A stretch of 64,000 nt of DNA, from the NCBI GenBank assembly GCA_965207225.1, contig CBDBLV010000005.1, positions 608,001 to 672,000 of the forward strand, written 5' to 3'. How positions within the stretch are numbered: position 1 is the first letter of the stretch; each line of letters opens with the position of its first letter. The position numbers and the translations under genes were made by a program. The notes under the pieces were generated by a model that saw only the letters and a list, made by a program, of their open reading frames with translations, was not told where the DNA came from and did not search any database. Shown here piece by piece: positions 50,101-60,885 of this stretch. Origin of the DNA: Dehalococcoidia bacterium (GTDB lineage Bacteria > Chloroflexota > Dehalococcoidia > Plut-88900).

Positions 50101-50871
50101 ATGCCAAACGTACAGGTAAACGGCAAGAACGCCTTCTACGCCAGCCCGAGAGACCTCGCCGCAGGCCAGCAAAAGGGCAAGATAGTGTTGCTGGTGCATG
50201 GCGCACGAAGCAATCACAAGATTTGGGCCCCTCAGCTCCAGGCCCTAGCCCCGTGGCACACCCCCATCGCCATGGACCTCCCCGGACACGGCGACTCCGA
50301 AGGACCCGGCGCCACCAACGTCTCCGACTATCGGGACTTCGTCAAAGCCTTTGCCGACACCCTCGGCCTCGAATCTTTCGTCATGGCCGGCCACTCCATG
50401 GGCGGCTCCATCGCCCTCGACTACCTCCTCGCCTATCCCGGCGTCGAGGCCTACATCCCCGTCGGCTCCGCCCCCCAGTGGAACATCGACGACGCATACA
50501 TAGACGTCTACCGCAAAGACCCCGAGAAGGCCATCCAGGAGAGCGCAGGCCGAAACTTCTCCAAGAGCACTCCCAGGGCCATAGTCGAGCTAAACGAGTG
50601 GAACAACAGCACAACCCCTATAGAGGTCGGCATCGGAGACCTGGAGGCCTGCAACGCCTTCAACCAGGCCCCGAGGCTCGGCGACGTCAATGTCCCCACC
50701 TGCGTCATCTGCGGCGAGGAAGACCTCTACGTCGACGGCTCCCAGGCCCTCCGCGATGGCATTTCCGGCTCCCAGGTCCACTGGATCAAAAACGCCGGCC
50801 ACGACCCCTCCATCGAACAACCCCTCGCCACCAACCAAATCCTCCTCGATTTCCTCAACTCCCTAGCCTAG
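50101..50871 (+). CDS. Alpha/beta hydrolase (tandem paralog)
   Basis: VHGA, DLPGHGDS, GHSMGG, GEED, AGH. Confidence 0.92.
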   Translation: MPNVQVNGKNAFYASPRDLAAGQQKGKIVLLVHGARSNHKIWAPQLQALAPWHTPIAMDLPGHGDSEGPGATNVSDYRDFVKAFADTLGLESFVMAGHSMGGSIALDYLLAYPGVEAYIPVGSAPQWNIDDAYIDVYRKDPEKAIQESAGRNFSKSTPRAIVELNEWNNSTTPIEVGIGDLEACNAFNQAPRLGDVNVPTCVICGEEDLYVDGSQALRDGISGSQVHWIKNAGHDPSIEQPLATNQILLDFLNSLA

Positions 50872-50975
50872 CCGTGAGACAAGCTGCGCATCTGGAGTCG
50901 GTCAATAACCCTCAACTTACCCTGTGTTAACATTCCCACCGGACCCCACCCCCCCACCCAAAGGAGAACCGACCC

Positions 50976-52136
50976 GTGACCGGCTGCCTTGACGGAGTAA
51001 AAGTTCTGGAGCTCGCCCGCTATCAGGCCGGGCCCCGGGCCGGCATGGTCATGTCCGACATGGGCGCCGAGGTTATCAAGGTCGAAAAGCCCGGCGGCGA
51101 GGAGACCCGTGCCCACGCTCCCCTAGTCAACGGCACCAGCGTCTACTTCACCGTCTACAACCGCGGCAAGAAGAGCATCACCCTCAACATGCGCACCGAG
51201 GAGGGCAAGGAGATCTTTCGGGAGCTCGTCAAGACCGCCGACGTCGTCCTCGAAAACTTCCGTCCCGGCGTCATCGCCAAAATGGGCTTCTCCTACGAAG
51301 AGCTCAAGAAGATCAAACCCGACATCATCCTCACCTCCGTCTCCGGCTTCGGTCAGTACGGCCCCTACAAAAACCGACCCGCCTTCGACCCCATCGGTCA
51401 GGCTATGTCTGGCCTCATGGAGGTCACCGGCATCCATGAAGGCCACCCCGTCCTCACTGGCTCCCCCATAATCGACCGCATTACCTCTCTCCACGCCTGC
51501 ATCGGCACCCTAGGCGCGATCATCCACCGCAACACCACTGGCGAAGGCCAGATCATCGACGTAAGCCTCCTGGACACCGGCGTCACCCTCATGGAGATCC
51601 CCATATCTCACCACATGGGCACGGGTGCCGGACTTGAAGACTACTACGCCTCCGTCTACAAGGCTAAGGACGGATACGTCACCATCCCAGCTACTTCCCG
51701 CACCCTCTGGACCCGGGTCTTCCTCGCCATGGGCCAACACGAGCTAGCCGAAGACCCGACCATCCTCGGATTCGAGGCCGATGCAGGCTCCAAGGCCAAG
51801 CGTCTCAAACTCCTCACCGACTGGGTCGCCTGCAATACCGTCGCTGACATCACCGAAAAGCTCGTCGCCAACGAGGTCCCGGTCGGCCCCGTCCAGACAC
51901 CCGCCCAGATGTCCCGGGACCCACATATGAGCGAACGCGAGATGATGGTTCCCGTCCCCACCGAGAACGGCCAGCATGAGATCATGGCCCCGGGCCTGAG
52001 TATAAAATTCTCAAAGACCAGGGGTGCCGTTGGCAAGGTCCCCGCCGCTGGCGAACACACCTGCGAAATCCTCGGCCAACTCCCCGGCATGACCCCCGAC
52101 AAAATCGAAGACCTCCGGGCCCGCGGCGTTCTCTAG
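50976..52136 (+). CDS. Family III CoA-transferase
   Basis: LDGVKVLE..AGP, NRGKKS, ENFRPG, SGFGQYGPY, GEGQIID. Confidence 0.93.
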   Translation: MTGCLDGVKVLELARYQAGPRAGMVMSDMGAEVIKVEKPGGEETRAHAPLVNGTSVYFTVYNRGKKSITLNMRTEEGKEIFRELVKTADVVLENFRPGVIAKMGFSYEELKKIKPDIILTSVSGFGQYGPYKNRPAFDPIGQAMSGLMEVTGIHEGHPVLTGSPIIDRITSLHACIGTLGAIIHRNTTGEGQIIDVSLLDTGVTLMEIPISHHMGTGAGLEDYYASVYKAKDGYVTIPATSRTLWTRVFLAMGQHELAEDPTILGFEADAGSKAKRLKLLTDWVACNTVADITEKLVANEVPVGPVQTPAQMSRDPHMSEREMMVPVPTENGQHEIMAPGLSIKFSKTRGAVGKVPAAGEHTCEILGQLPGMTPDKIEDLRARGVL

Positions 52137-52170
52137 TATCCCTATTTCAATTCGCCCATAACAAATCCCA

Positions 52171-53304
52171 ATGGAATCAATCAAAGACAAGTGCGCCATC
52201 ATCGGCATCGGTGAGACCGAGTACTCCAAGGACTCGGGTCGCAGTGAGCTTTCCCTCGTTCTAGAAGCCTCCATGAAGGCCATCGACGATGCCGGCCTCC
52301 AACCCGAGGACATAGACGGCATGGTCCGTTTCGTAGTGGACCCTACCCCCGAGGAAGAGGTCATTGCCTCCCTCGGCATCCCAGAGCTCACATTCTTTGA
52401 CGAGCTTGCCTACACCGGCACCGCCGCCGGTGGCCTTGTAGCCCACGCTTGCATGGCTGTCGCCACTGGCTTGGCCAACAACGTCCTCCTCTATCGGGCC
52501 ATGAATGGGCGGTCCGGCAAGCGATACGGCTCTGGCGCCATAACCGGCCGCCGAGGGCAGGGTCAGTCGGCATTCATGGAACCCTTTGGCCTCCTCGTCC
52601 CGGGCCAGCAACTCGCCATGTACGCCCGACGCCATATGTACGAATACGGCACCACCAGCGCCCACTTCGGCGCCATATCCGTCGCCTGCCGAAAGCACGC
52701 CAACATGAACCCCCGAGCCATCATGTATGGCCGACCCATGACCATCGAAGACCACCAGAACTCCCGCATGATCTATGACCCCTTCCACCTCTTCGACTGC
52801 TGCCTGGAGACCGACGGCGGTGCCGCCATCGTCATCTCCTCCTCCGAACGTGCAAAGGACATGCGCCAACGACCCGTCTACGTTTCCGCCGTCGCCCAGA
52901 GCCTCGTTCCCCCGATCATCGAAAACGGACCTATTTCCCAGACCGTAGCCGCAAAAGCCGGCCCCCGACTCTTCAACATGGCTGGTATCACCCCCCAGGA
53001 CATAGACGTCGCACAAATCTACGATCACTTCAGCGCCCTGGTGCTTTTTGCCATCGAAGACTACGGCTTCTGTCCCAAGGGAGAGGGCGGCCCCTTCGTT
53101 GAAGGTGGCCGCATAGAGATTGGCGGCGAGTTGCCCATAAACACCGCCGGAGGCCACCTCTCCGAGGCCTATGTCCACACCGTCAACCACATCATCGAAG
53201 GCGTCCGGCAGTTGCGTGGCACCTCCACCGCCCAGGTCCCCGATGCCGAGCACGTCCTCGTAGACACCGGCGAAGGCGTCGGCGCCATGGTCCTCCGCAG
53301 GTAA
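52171..53304 (+). CDS. Ltp2-like thiolase-fold aldolase
   Basis: GIGETEYSKDSGRSEL, FDCCLETDG, YDHFS, GGHLSEAYVH. Confidence 0.88.
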   Translation: MESIKDKCAIIGIGETEYSKDSGRSELSLVLEASMKAIDDAGLQPEDIDGMVRFVVDPTPEEEVIASLGIPELTFFDELAYTGTAAGGLVAHACMAVATGLANNVLLYRAMNGRSGKRYGSGAITGRRGQGQSAFMEPFGLLVPGQQLAMYARRHMYEYGTTSAHFGAISVACRKHANMNPRAIMYGRPMTIEDHQNSRMIYDPFHLFDCCLETDGGAAIVISSSERAKDMRQRPVYVSAVAQSLVPPIIENGPISQTVAAKAGPRLFNMAGITPQDIDVAQIYDHFSALVLFAIEDYGFCPKGEGGPFVEGGRIEIGGELPINTAGGHLSEAYVHTVNHIIEGVRQLRGTSTAQVPDAEHVLVDTGEGVGAMVLRR

Positions 53305-53310
53305 CCGACC

Positions 53311-53727
53311 ATGCCTGAAAACACCCCCCTCCCCCTTCCCGTCCCCACCATCGACAATCAGGCCTTCTGGGAAGCCTGCAACCGACAAGAGCTAATCATC
53401 CAGCACTGCCCCCGCTGTGACACCCTCCGACACCCCCCCAGACCCCTTTGCCCCCGCTGCCGACAGGGAAATCTGGGCTGGAAGCAAGTATCAGGCCTCG
53501 GGACCATCTACAGCTACACCATCACCCACCAGGCCATCCATCCCGCTCTGAAAGACCGGGTCCCATGGAACGTCATTATGGTCGACCTCGACGAAGGTGT
53601 CCGCATGATCAGCCACCTAGTCGACTGCCCCACCGAGAACATCCGGATCGGCATGCGCGTCCAAGCCGTCTTCAAAGAAGTCGAAGTTGGCGTAACCCTC
53701 CCCTACTTCCGCCCTGCCGCTACGTAG
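53311..53727 (+). CDS. DUF35 Zn-ribbon/OB-fold protein
   Basis: FWEA...QHCPRC...HPPRPLCPRC...SG.GTIYSYT...VDLDEGVRM. Confidence 0.92.
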   Translation: MPENTPLPLPVPTIDNQAFWEACNRQELIIQHCPRCDTLRHPPRPLCPRCRQGNLGWKQVSGLGTIYSYTITHQAIHPALKDRVPWNVIMVDLDEGVRMISHLVDCPTENIRIGMRVQAVFKEVEVGVTLPYFRPAAT

Positions 53728-53814
53728 CGAATGCGGATATTATCCCCGCTCGCCCTTAGCCTGTTGAGGAGCCACTCGGGGGAGTATAGCCCGGCCCTCA
53801 CTCGGCACTCGTAA

Positions 53815-53844
53815 TTGACCCCCCCACCCCGCCCCTGCTATATT
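53815..53844 (+). promoter_or_regulatory. Promoter of tRNA-Ala
   Basis: TTGACC-N18-TATATT with TG extension. Confidence 0.6.
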
Positions 53845-53856
53845 CCACCCCGGATC

Positions 53857-53932
53857 GGGGATGTAGCTCAGTTGGGAGAGCGCCGCGTTCGCAATGCGGA
53901 GGCCGGGGGTTCGAATCCCCCCATCTCCACCA
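53857..53932 (+). tRNA. tRNA-Ala(CGC)
   Basis: ggggatgtagctcagttgggagagcgccgcgttcgcaatgcggaggccgggggttcgaatccccccatctccacca; anticodon CGC, G3-U70 pair, CCA. Confidence 0.96.
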
Positions 53933-54119
53933 CCCCACCCGATTCCGCCCCCTCCTAAACTCTAGCTGTGGTGCTGGCGCTGCGGTCGCACTGCAACCGA
54001 CTTGAATCTGTCGGCCTCAAAGTCCGAATACATGAATTGAAGATCGAGCCGTCTACCCTGCCCCATCAACGCGATTTCAGGATATCCCGACTCACCTGGC
54101 CCCACTAGCGTATCTACCC

Positions 54120-55034
54120 CTACGCCGATAGCGCCGCGGCCACTTCCTTGATCTTCCCCTGCCCCGATTCGGTCAGCTCACCGACTGCCTTGACAATATT
54201 CGGGTGCTCCAGCCCGGACACCAGGAAGGTCCACCGCCACGCCCGCTGCGTCTCTGTGGTGATCTCCTCCTTCTCGGCATCCGTAAACGTCCGCCCCGTC
54301 GCCTTCTCCAGGGCCTCTATGTTCAGCCCAATCTGCTGGGCCAGCAGCCCGTCGATCGCACCGCCAAGCTCCAGGACTTCATCGATTGCCGCTTCCCGCT
54401 CTTCCAGGCTAAGGTTCTCAGCCACTTCGCCGATTAGCAGCGTGTCCAGCTTAGCGTGCTGAGACTCTTCCAGCCAGTGAAACCTCAGGAGGTCCCGGAA
54501 CAGCCCATCGAAGTCTGCTTCATCCCGCACATGCTCCACGTAGTGGAGCTGCGTGAACCATTCGATAATCGCCGTCAATACCATCACCGCCAGCTTCGAC
54601 TTGCCCCGGACTACCTTTGCCACCTCCTCCCGACCTGGTATTAGGCCGCACTCAATACCGAAACCCTGGCCAAAAAGATCAACCGATCTCCGAAACAGCT
54701 CCTGGTGCTTCAGCTCTTCCTCCGCGAATCGCAGCAGCGAGCGTGCCCTGATTTCGTCGCCATAGACATCCTTCATGGCCTCTTCCGTGACGGTGGGGAT
54801 GATGAACTCCTCCACGAACGCGAAAAGGTGGCAGTAGCCGTTGCCCATGATCTGGTTCAACTGACGCTTCTCATCGTCATTCAAGCACCCGATCCCGTCT
54901 ACGCCTGTCAGCCTGTTGGGCAGAAAGCGTTTCGAAAAGTCGAAATTCTTGTCGGCCAGGACATCGTCTTCCAGCCAGGAGACCCTCTTCGAGATGTCCA
55001 GGCAATCTTGGTACGTGTAGTTGTGGGATAGCAT
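54120..55034 (-). CDS. Ferritin-like diiron protein (AurF-like)
   Basis: Helical protein with E, EELKH, E, EESQH diiron-ligand pattern. Confidence 0.65.
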   Translation of the reverse strand: MLSHNYTYQDCLDISKRVSWLEDDVLADKNFDFSKRFLPNRLTGVDGIGCLNDDEKRQLNQIMGNGYCHLFAFVEEFIIPTVTEEAMKDVYGDEIRARSLLRFAEEELKHQELFRRSVDLFGQGFGIECGLIPGREEVAKVVRGKSKLAVMVLTAIIEWFTQLHYVEHVRDEADFDGLFRDLLRFHWLEESQHAKLDTLLIGEVAENLSLEEREAAIDEVLELGGAIDGLLAQQIGLNIEALEKATGRTFTDAEKEEITTETQRAWRWTFLVSGLEHPNIVKAVGELTESGQGKIKEVAAALSA

Positions 55035-55140
55035 GAGTTTCTCCTCCTTGCAGCCGTCCCTTTGCAGGGACCTTGATGCTTAGCTGATCGGGTCCTCCAC
55101 CGACCCATTATATAGCTAACGGCCAAAAGCCTTTCACTTG

Positions 55141-56028
55141 CTATTGCGGGTCGACCTCCAGCGGCAACGACGGATCGGCTGCGTACTCCGACAGTGAGGC
55201 GTCGTACACCGCAATGTCTTCGTACCCCAGCAGCGAGAGTACGAAGGCGTCATCGGATGCGGCTATGCCGCCCCCGCAGTAGGTAACCACCCGCCGAGTC
55301 CTGTCTGCGCCCGCCTCTTCGAACATTGAAGCCAGTTCCTCCGCCGGGCGGTACAGCCCCGTCTTTGTATCGATCAGCTCCATCGCCGGCACGTTGGATG
55401 AGCCGGGAATGTGCCCGGGACGCCCGTAGACCCGACCCCCGTCTGCACCCGAGTGCTGCTCTCGCCCCAACGCGTTTATCAGGCATCCGCCGTCCCCGCC
55501 GTCGGACTCGACGAAGGCCATGACCTCTCCCAGATCGGCGAACCTGGCAGTGTCGACAGTCGGCGTGAAGATGGTGGCTTCGTACTTCGCCCCATCAGTC
55601 GACACTGCCCTCCCCTCAGCGACCCACCGACGCCATCCCCCGTCCAGCACCGCCGCACCATTGCAGCCCATCGACCGGAACATCCACCAAAACCTCGCCG
55701 CCCACATCGAACCCGACCGGTCATATAAGATCAGCTTCGACGACTCCGAGATTCCATGTCTCCCGGCCGCCTCGGCAAACGCTTCCGCCGGGGGTATCAT
55801 GAAGCGGAAGCGCTGTTCGTTATCGGAAAAGTCGCCCTGCAGGTCCAGGAATCCCGACCCGGGAATATGTCCTCCCTCGTACTCTCTTCGCCCCGACTCC
55901 ACCCCGTAGCCCCCGCCATCGCGCGGATGCAGGAAAACGGTCGTCTCGAAGACCCGCACGTCGTCATCCGACAGGTGTTCCGCCAACCAATCCGTCGAGA
56001 CCAGGAACTCAGGATGTGTGAAGGCCAT
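55141..56028 (-). CDS. Tandem rhodanese sulfurtransferase
   Basis: LVSTDWL, GHIPGS (twice), LDGG...W, YCGGGIAAS, YDAS..E. Confidence 0.93.
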   Translation of the reverse strand: MAFTHPEFLVSTDWLAEHLSDDDVRVFETTVFLHPRDGGGYGVESGRREYEGGHIPGSGFLDLQGDFSDNEQRFRFMIPPAEAFAEAAGRHGISESSKLILYDRSGSMWAARFWWMFRSMGCNGAAVLDGGWRRWVAEGRAVSTDGAKYEATIFTPTVDTARFADLGEVMAFVESDGGDGGCLINALGREQHSGADGGRVYGRPGHIPGSSNVPAMELIDTKTGLYRPAEELASMFEEAGADRTRRVVTYCGGGIAASDDAFVLSLLGYEDIAVYDASLSEYAADPSLPLEVDPQ

Positions 56029-56119
56029 GATCATCTCCCTTCAGTCGGCCTTGAACGGTGGCCTCCCGGTCTCGCTCCAGTATCCGCCCCACGCCCTTGG
56101 CCTGCAACGTGCTCAGCCC

Positions 56120-56659
56120 TCACCCGACCGAAATCGCCAACCCCTCAATGAACTCCAGGCCCGGCAGCTTCTCCATCTCCCGGGGCCCCATTTTCACCTT
56201 GGCAGACCGGCTCCCCGCTCCCAGGATGATGTAGTCCATCTCCAGCAACCGCACGTCCGCGTAGATTGGCAGACCCTCCGGCAACGCCAGCGCCGTGACC
56301 CCGCCGATCATCATCCCCGTCACCTCGCGGGTCACCTCCGCCGAGGCAAACGACGCTCGAGACACCCCCATAAGCCCCCGCACCCGCTTGTTCACGTCCA
56401 GCCGGTCGCACGCCCTCACGATCCCCGCGCAGTACGCCGCCGGGCCCCGCTTGCTGGCCACGATGATCGTATTGGCGCAATGAGGAGCGTCAAAACCATA
56501 CTGTTGACAGAAGTCCGCGGTGTCGCCGTACTGCGGGTCTATCTCGATCCACTCCCAGCCCGCAATGCCCAATTCGTCCAGCGCCGCCCGCACTCGTCCT
56601 TCAATCTCTTCAGGTGTACTCAATATCCTGTCCTTCGTGGGGAAATTTGGGTGGCTCAT
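56120..56659 (-). CDS. YbaK/EbsC family protein
   Basis: DTADFC..YG.....AN.I.V, TGMMIGGVT, GAGSRS.K. Confidence 0.85.
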   Translation of the reverse strand: MSHPNFPTKDRILSTPEEIEGRVRAALDELGIAGWEWIEIDPQYGDTADFCQQYGFDAPHCANTIIVASKRGPAAYCAGIVRACDRLDVNKRVRGLMGVSRASFASAEVTREVTGMMIGGVTALALPEGLPIYADVRLLEMDYIILGAGSRSAKVKMGPREMEKLPGLEFIEGLAISVG

Positions 56660-56997
56660 AAGTCGGCTTCGTGCTGCCGCCGAAGATTCGAGAGGGTGGG
56701 TTGGTAATGGCATTGCCGGGTTCGTCCTCAAACAGCAACTGCCGTACCCTCTTTACGAACTTCTCAGGAAACTCCCTTGTGATACAGAATAACCTCCCCC
56801 TTCCCCCGACCTATTCTACACACCCAAGAAAGCTCGCTTTGGACAAATCGGCAAAGGGGCCCCTGCTAATTTGCGCGCCGGATAGCAATTGGCGAACTTC
56901 GATAGCCTGGGAGTAGAATCAGCTCCGAGACCCGCGTCGCAGCGTTACTACAGGGTGGCTCCATGCCGGTTGCGGATTTCGGGTAGTTGGAGGGACT

Positions 56998-58395
56998 GTG
57001 GGCGGAGTAGGCCGGATAGTATTGGTCTCTAACAGAACGCCTTCCCTGACCGCGCCTTCCAGCGCCGAGGAAAGACGTAGCCTTTCCGTCGGTGGTCTCG
57101 TCAGCAGCCTCAGGCCCTTCCTGGAGGACGTTGGCGGCATCTGGCTGGGCTGGGACGGAAATCTGGACAGCCGGCAGGACGCCATCCCTGTTGCAGTCTC
57201 CGAGGCCAAAGGCATCCATCTCGCCTCCGTGTCTCTTACTGCCGCCGAGGTAGAGAGCTTCTACAACATCTTCTGCAACCGGATGCTCTGGCCTGTCCTC
57301 CACGGTTTTCCCGACAAGGCGACCATTTACCACGACAGTTACCGCATATACCGCAACGTAAACCGCAAATACGCCGCCTCCCTCATGCACCTGCTGACTC
57401 CCGGTGACCTGGTGTGGGTCCACGACTTTCACCTCTTCCCCCTTGGCCGAGAGCTTCGCAAGCTCGGATGGATGGGCAAGATGGGGTTCTTCCTTCACGT
57501 CCCCTTCCCCCCACCCGAGACCTTCGGCATCCTGCCCTGGGCCCGAAAGCTCCTGACCTGCCTTTTTGACTATAACCTCGTAGGCCTTCAGACCCAACAT
57601 TATGCCAATAACCTTCGTCAGACCTTGGACTACGGGCTGGGAGTGAGATTCGACGGTGGGACCGCGCATCACGAAGGCAGGTCCTCGGAGGTGCGCTCAT
57701 TCCCCGTTGGCGCCGATGCCCAGGCTTTCAGCGAAATGGCCAGGAGCCAGGTCTCGACCCCAGTCAGGCGTTTGCTGGGGGAACTCCCCAGGGGCGGGCA
57801 GCTTCTCCTCGGGGTGGACAGACTTGACTATACAAAGGGGATATTTCAGCGGTTGCTGGCCATTGAGCGGCTGCTCGAAGATCAACCGGAGCTTCTCGGT
57901 CGGATCACTCTCATCCAGGTTTCTGCGCCCAGCCGGGTCAACATCCCCGAATATGCCCTGGAACGCGAGCGAGTCGACTCCCTCGTTGGCAGGGTCAACC
58001 GTAGGTTCGGGTCGACTCATTGGAGACCCATACTCCCTCTTCGCAGCTCCTATTCCCAGCAGGACTTGGCCCACCTGTACCGGGAGGCCGACGCCTGCCT
58101 CGTCACCCCCCTCCGGGACGGCATGAACCTGGTCGCTAAGGAGTTCATAGCCTCCCAGACCTCAGACCCCGGAGTCCTGGTCCTCTCCCGCTTCTGCGGT
58201 GCCGCAGAGACCATGCAGGACGCCGTTATGGTCAACCCTTACGATTTTCAGCAGACGGCTTCCGCCATCTATACTGCCCTGACCATGCCTGGGACCGAGC
58301 GGCAGCGTCGTTGGAAGGCGCTCGTTGAGGACGTACGCAAGCACACCGCGCGCCACTGGTGCGACAGCTTCCTCGCCGCTCTGGGTGACGCTTAG
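56998..58395 (+). CDS. otsA: Trehalose-6-phosphate synthase-like GT20 glycosyltransferase
   Basis: [48 protein letters not shown]. Confidence 0.88.
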   Translation: MGGVGRIVLVSNRTPSLTAPSSAEERRSLSVGGLVSSLRPFLEDVGGIWLGWDGNLDSRQDAIPVAVSEAKGIHLASVSLTAAEVESFYNIFCNRMLWPVLHGFPDKATIYHDSYRIYRNVNRKYAASLMHLLTPGDLVWVHDFHLFPLGRELRKLGWMGKMGFFLHVPFPPPETFGILPWARKLLTCLFDYNLVGLQTQHYANNLRQTLDYGLGVRFDGGTAHHEGRSSEVRSFPVGADAQAFSEMARSQVSTPVRRLLGELPRGGQLLLGVDRLDYTKGIFQRLLAIERLLEDQPELLGRITLIQVSAPSRVNIPEYALERERVDSLVGRVNRRFGSTHWRPILPLRSSYSQQDLAHLYREADACLVTPLRDGMNLVAKEFIASQTSDPGVLVLSRFCGAAETMQDAVMVNPYDFQQTASAIYTALTMPGTERQRRWKALVEDVRKHTARHWCDSFLAALGDA

Positions 58396-58526
58396 GCCGT
58401 GTAGTGCAAAGCACCTGCTTCACCCGGCTCCTGACGCCGGAGGATCACCCGACCCGGCATTAAACTTCACGCCCATGCGGTGCTAGAATGGTGTAGCTCC
58501 CATACCTGTGACGTCGAGGAGGCGCT

Positions 58527-60377
58527 ATGTACGACTATGGACTGATAGGCGACATGTCCTCGGCCGCGCTGGTCGGCGCTGATGGGTCCATTGATTGGTG
58601 CTGCCTTCCCCGGTTCGATTCACCCAGCGTCTTCGCATCCATCCTCGACGATAGTATCGGTGGCCGGTTCCGTATCCGGCCCAACGGCGACCACACAAAG
58701 ACCGGTCAGGCATACCTGCAGGATACCAACATCCTGGAGACCACCTTCACCACCCCGACGGGCGTCGTAAAGGTTGTCGATTTCATGCCGATTCACGATA
58801 ACGACAGGGATGGCAAGCCTGATAAGAATCCCGCCGAGCCCCCGGAGCTCCACCGCATCGTGACATGCACGGATGGAAGCGTAGAGATGCGCTGCGAATA
58901 TGAGCCTCGACACGATTACGCCCGCACCGTGCCCGCGTTTCGCCTGCTCCGAGGCAACGGCAACGGCCTCGCCGTCGAGACCAGGGGCGGCCAACAGGAC
59001 ATGACCATGCTCAGCAGCGTCCCCCTGTCGGTGGAGACCGATGCCGTAAAGGGAGAGTTCGCACTGGCCCAAGGGGAGTCGGCCATCTTCGTTTTGGCCT
59101 ACGGCAATGGGAGGTCGGCAAATCTCGAACGGTACCGTACCCGGGAGAAGCTACAGCTTACCCGGAGATACTGGCAGGGCCTCGTTGCAGGCATGAATTA
59201 CGCTGGCCTGTGGCGCGAGCAGGTGGTACGGTCATTCCTCGTATTGCACCTGATGATGTACCGCGGCACCGGGGCCATTGTAGCCGCCCCGACGACCAGC
59301 CTTCCGGAAACCCTTGGCGGGTCCCGGAACTGGGACTATCGCTACTCGTGGCTGCGCGACACCAGCTTTACCGTCGACGTCCTCTACCGGCTTGGAGATA
59401 TGTACGGAGCCGACCTCTACATACATTGGCTGCTGGAGCAGTGCCAGCTGGACCACCGCCCCCCACAGATCCTGTACGGAATTGCGCCGTCCTCGTCACA
59501 CGAGGAACAAATCCTTCACCACCTGCGTGGCTACGAGGATTCCCGGCCGGTACGTATAGGCAACGCCGCAGCCGACCACCTTCAGTTGGATGTATTCGGT
59601 GAGGTCATTGCGTCGATCCACTCGCTGCTGGTGTTGCACGGGGAAATACCGGAGGAGGCGTGGAACCTCGTATGCTCCCTGGCCGAAATGGCCATCGAAA
59701 ACTGGCGCCGCCGCGACAGCGGCGTTTGGGAGGTGCGCGGAGAAGAGCAGCATTTCGTATATTCGAAGGTGCTCTGCTGGGCCGCCCTCGACACCGCTGC
59801 CTACATTGCAGCAGCCGTAGAGCAGCGGCGGCAATACCGGCGCTGGTCGCAAGAGGCGTACATCATCAAGACGGAGGCGCTCGACCTCGGATGGAGCGAG
59901 TCAAAGCAGGCCTTCCGTCAGCGCTATGGCAGCGACGCCCTGGACGCCTCCAACCTCGCCATACCCTTCTTCGGCTTCATTCCAGCCGAAGACCCCCGGG
60001 TGAGGCAGAACCTCGACGCGATACAGCGGGAGCTGGCCCAGGGCCCCCTGGTCTGGCGCTACATCCCGGAAGAGACGGACGACGGCTTGGACGCACAGCC
60101 GGAAGGTGCATTTACCCTGCTGAGCTTCTGGCTTTTGGGCAACTTGATTTATACGGGTCAGGCCGACCAGGCCCTGGACCTGTTCCATGAGACCATCACC
60201 CGCTGCTCCAACCATCTTGGCCTCTTTGCAGAGATGATCGATCCCTCAACCGGCCGTCAGTTGGGCAATTTCCCCCAGGCGTACTCCCACATCGGCCTTA
60301 TTCACACGGCCTTGAACCTCTCGGGCTTTATCGCCGACACCCCAACCCGGCTCATCCGTCGGCGCGAACCAAGGTAG
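58527..60377 (+). CDS. Glycoside hydrolase family 15 (trehalase-like)
   Basis: DYGLIGD, PRFDSPSVF, AAPTTSLPE..GG.RNWDYRYSWLRD, WEVRG, GNFPQAYSH. Confidence 0.93.
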   Translation: MYDYGLIGDMSSAALVGADGSIDWCCLPRFDSPSVFASILDDSIGGRFRIRPNGDHTKTGQAYLQDTNILETTFTTPTGVVKVVDFMPIHDNDRDGKPDKNPAEPPELHRIVTCTDGSVEMRCEYEPRHDYARTVPAFRLLRGNGNGLAVETRGGQQDMTMLSSVPLSVETDAVKGEFALAQGESAIFVLAYGNGRSANLERYRTREKLQLTRRYWQGLVAGMNYAGLWREQVVRSFLVLHLMMYRGTGAIVAAPTTSLPETLGGSRNWDYRYSWLRDTSFTVDVLYRLGDMYGADLYIHWLLEQCQLDHRPPQILYGIAPSSSHEEQILHHLRGYEDSRPVRIGNAAADHLQLDVFGEVIASIHSLLVLHGEIPEEAWNLVCSLAEMAIENWRRRDSGVWEVRGEEQHFVYSKVLCWAALDTAAYIAAAVEQRRQYRRWSQEAYIIKTEALDLGWSESKQAFRQRYGSDALDASNLAIPFFGFIPAEDPRVRQNLDAIQRELAQGPLVWRYIPEETDDGLDAQPEGAFTLLSFWLLGNLIYTGQADQALDLFHETITRCSNHLGLFAEMIDPSTGRQLGNFPQAYSHIGLIHTALNLSGFIADTPTRLIRRREPR

Positions 60378-60422
60378 GGTTTGGCTGGGCCTTTTCATGA
60401 CAACCGCTAAAGGAAAGCAATA

Positions 60423-60770
60423 GTGGGCCGGGGCAAGATATTCAACTGGACCGACGTAGACCCTTGGCCCTTCAAGCACTCCTGGCTGGTCGAAAAAGTC
60501 GTTAACGGCAGGAACATGCAGCTTATTCGCGCCGAGTTCCAGCCCGGCGCCACCTACCGACTCCACTCCCATGAGCGCGAACAGTTCAGCTTCATGCTCA
60601 GCGGCCGGATGCGCCTCACCGTCGGGGATGAAGTCAGGGAAATCGGCCCCGGAGACGTATGGTATGCCCCGAGCAACGTGCCCCACGGCGGCGAAATCCT
60701 CGGAGACGAGCCCGTGGTATTCGTTGACGTCTATTCTCCCCCCGCCGAAGAGTTCCTGGACAACGGTTAG
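60423..60770 (+). CDS. Cupin domain protein
   Basis: HSHEREQ...SG...VG...GD....P.NVPHG. Confidence 0.88.
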   Translation: MGRGKIFNWTDVDPWPFKHSWLVEKVVNGRNMQLIRAEFQPGATYRLHSHEREQFSFMLSGRMRLTVGDEVREIGPGDVWYAPSNVPHGGEILGDEPVVFVDVYSPPAEEFLDNG

Positions 60771-60885
60771 CCTTCTTATGGCTATATACTGATTAGTCCC
60801 GTCCATCGACCACGCAGGCAATACTGGTCAAAGCCGCCTGGTTGTGTTATCAACGAAGAAGAATACAGTCCCGTCTGACAAGAAT

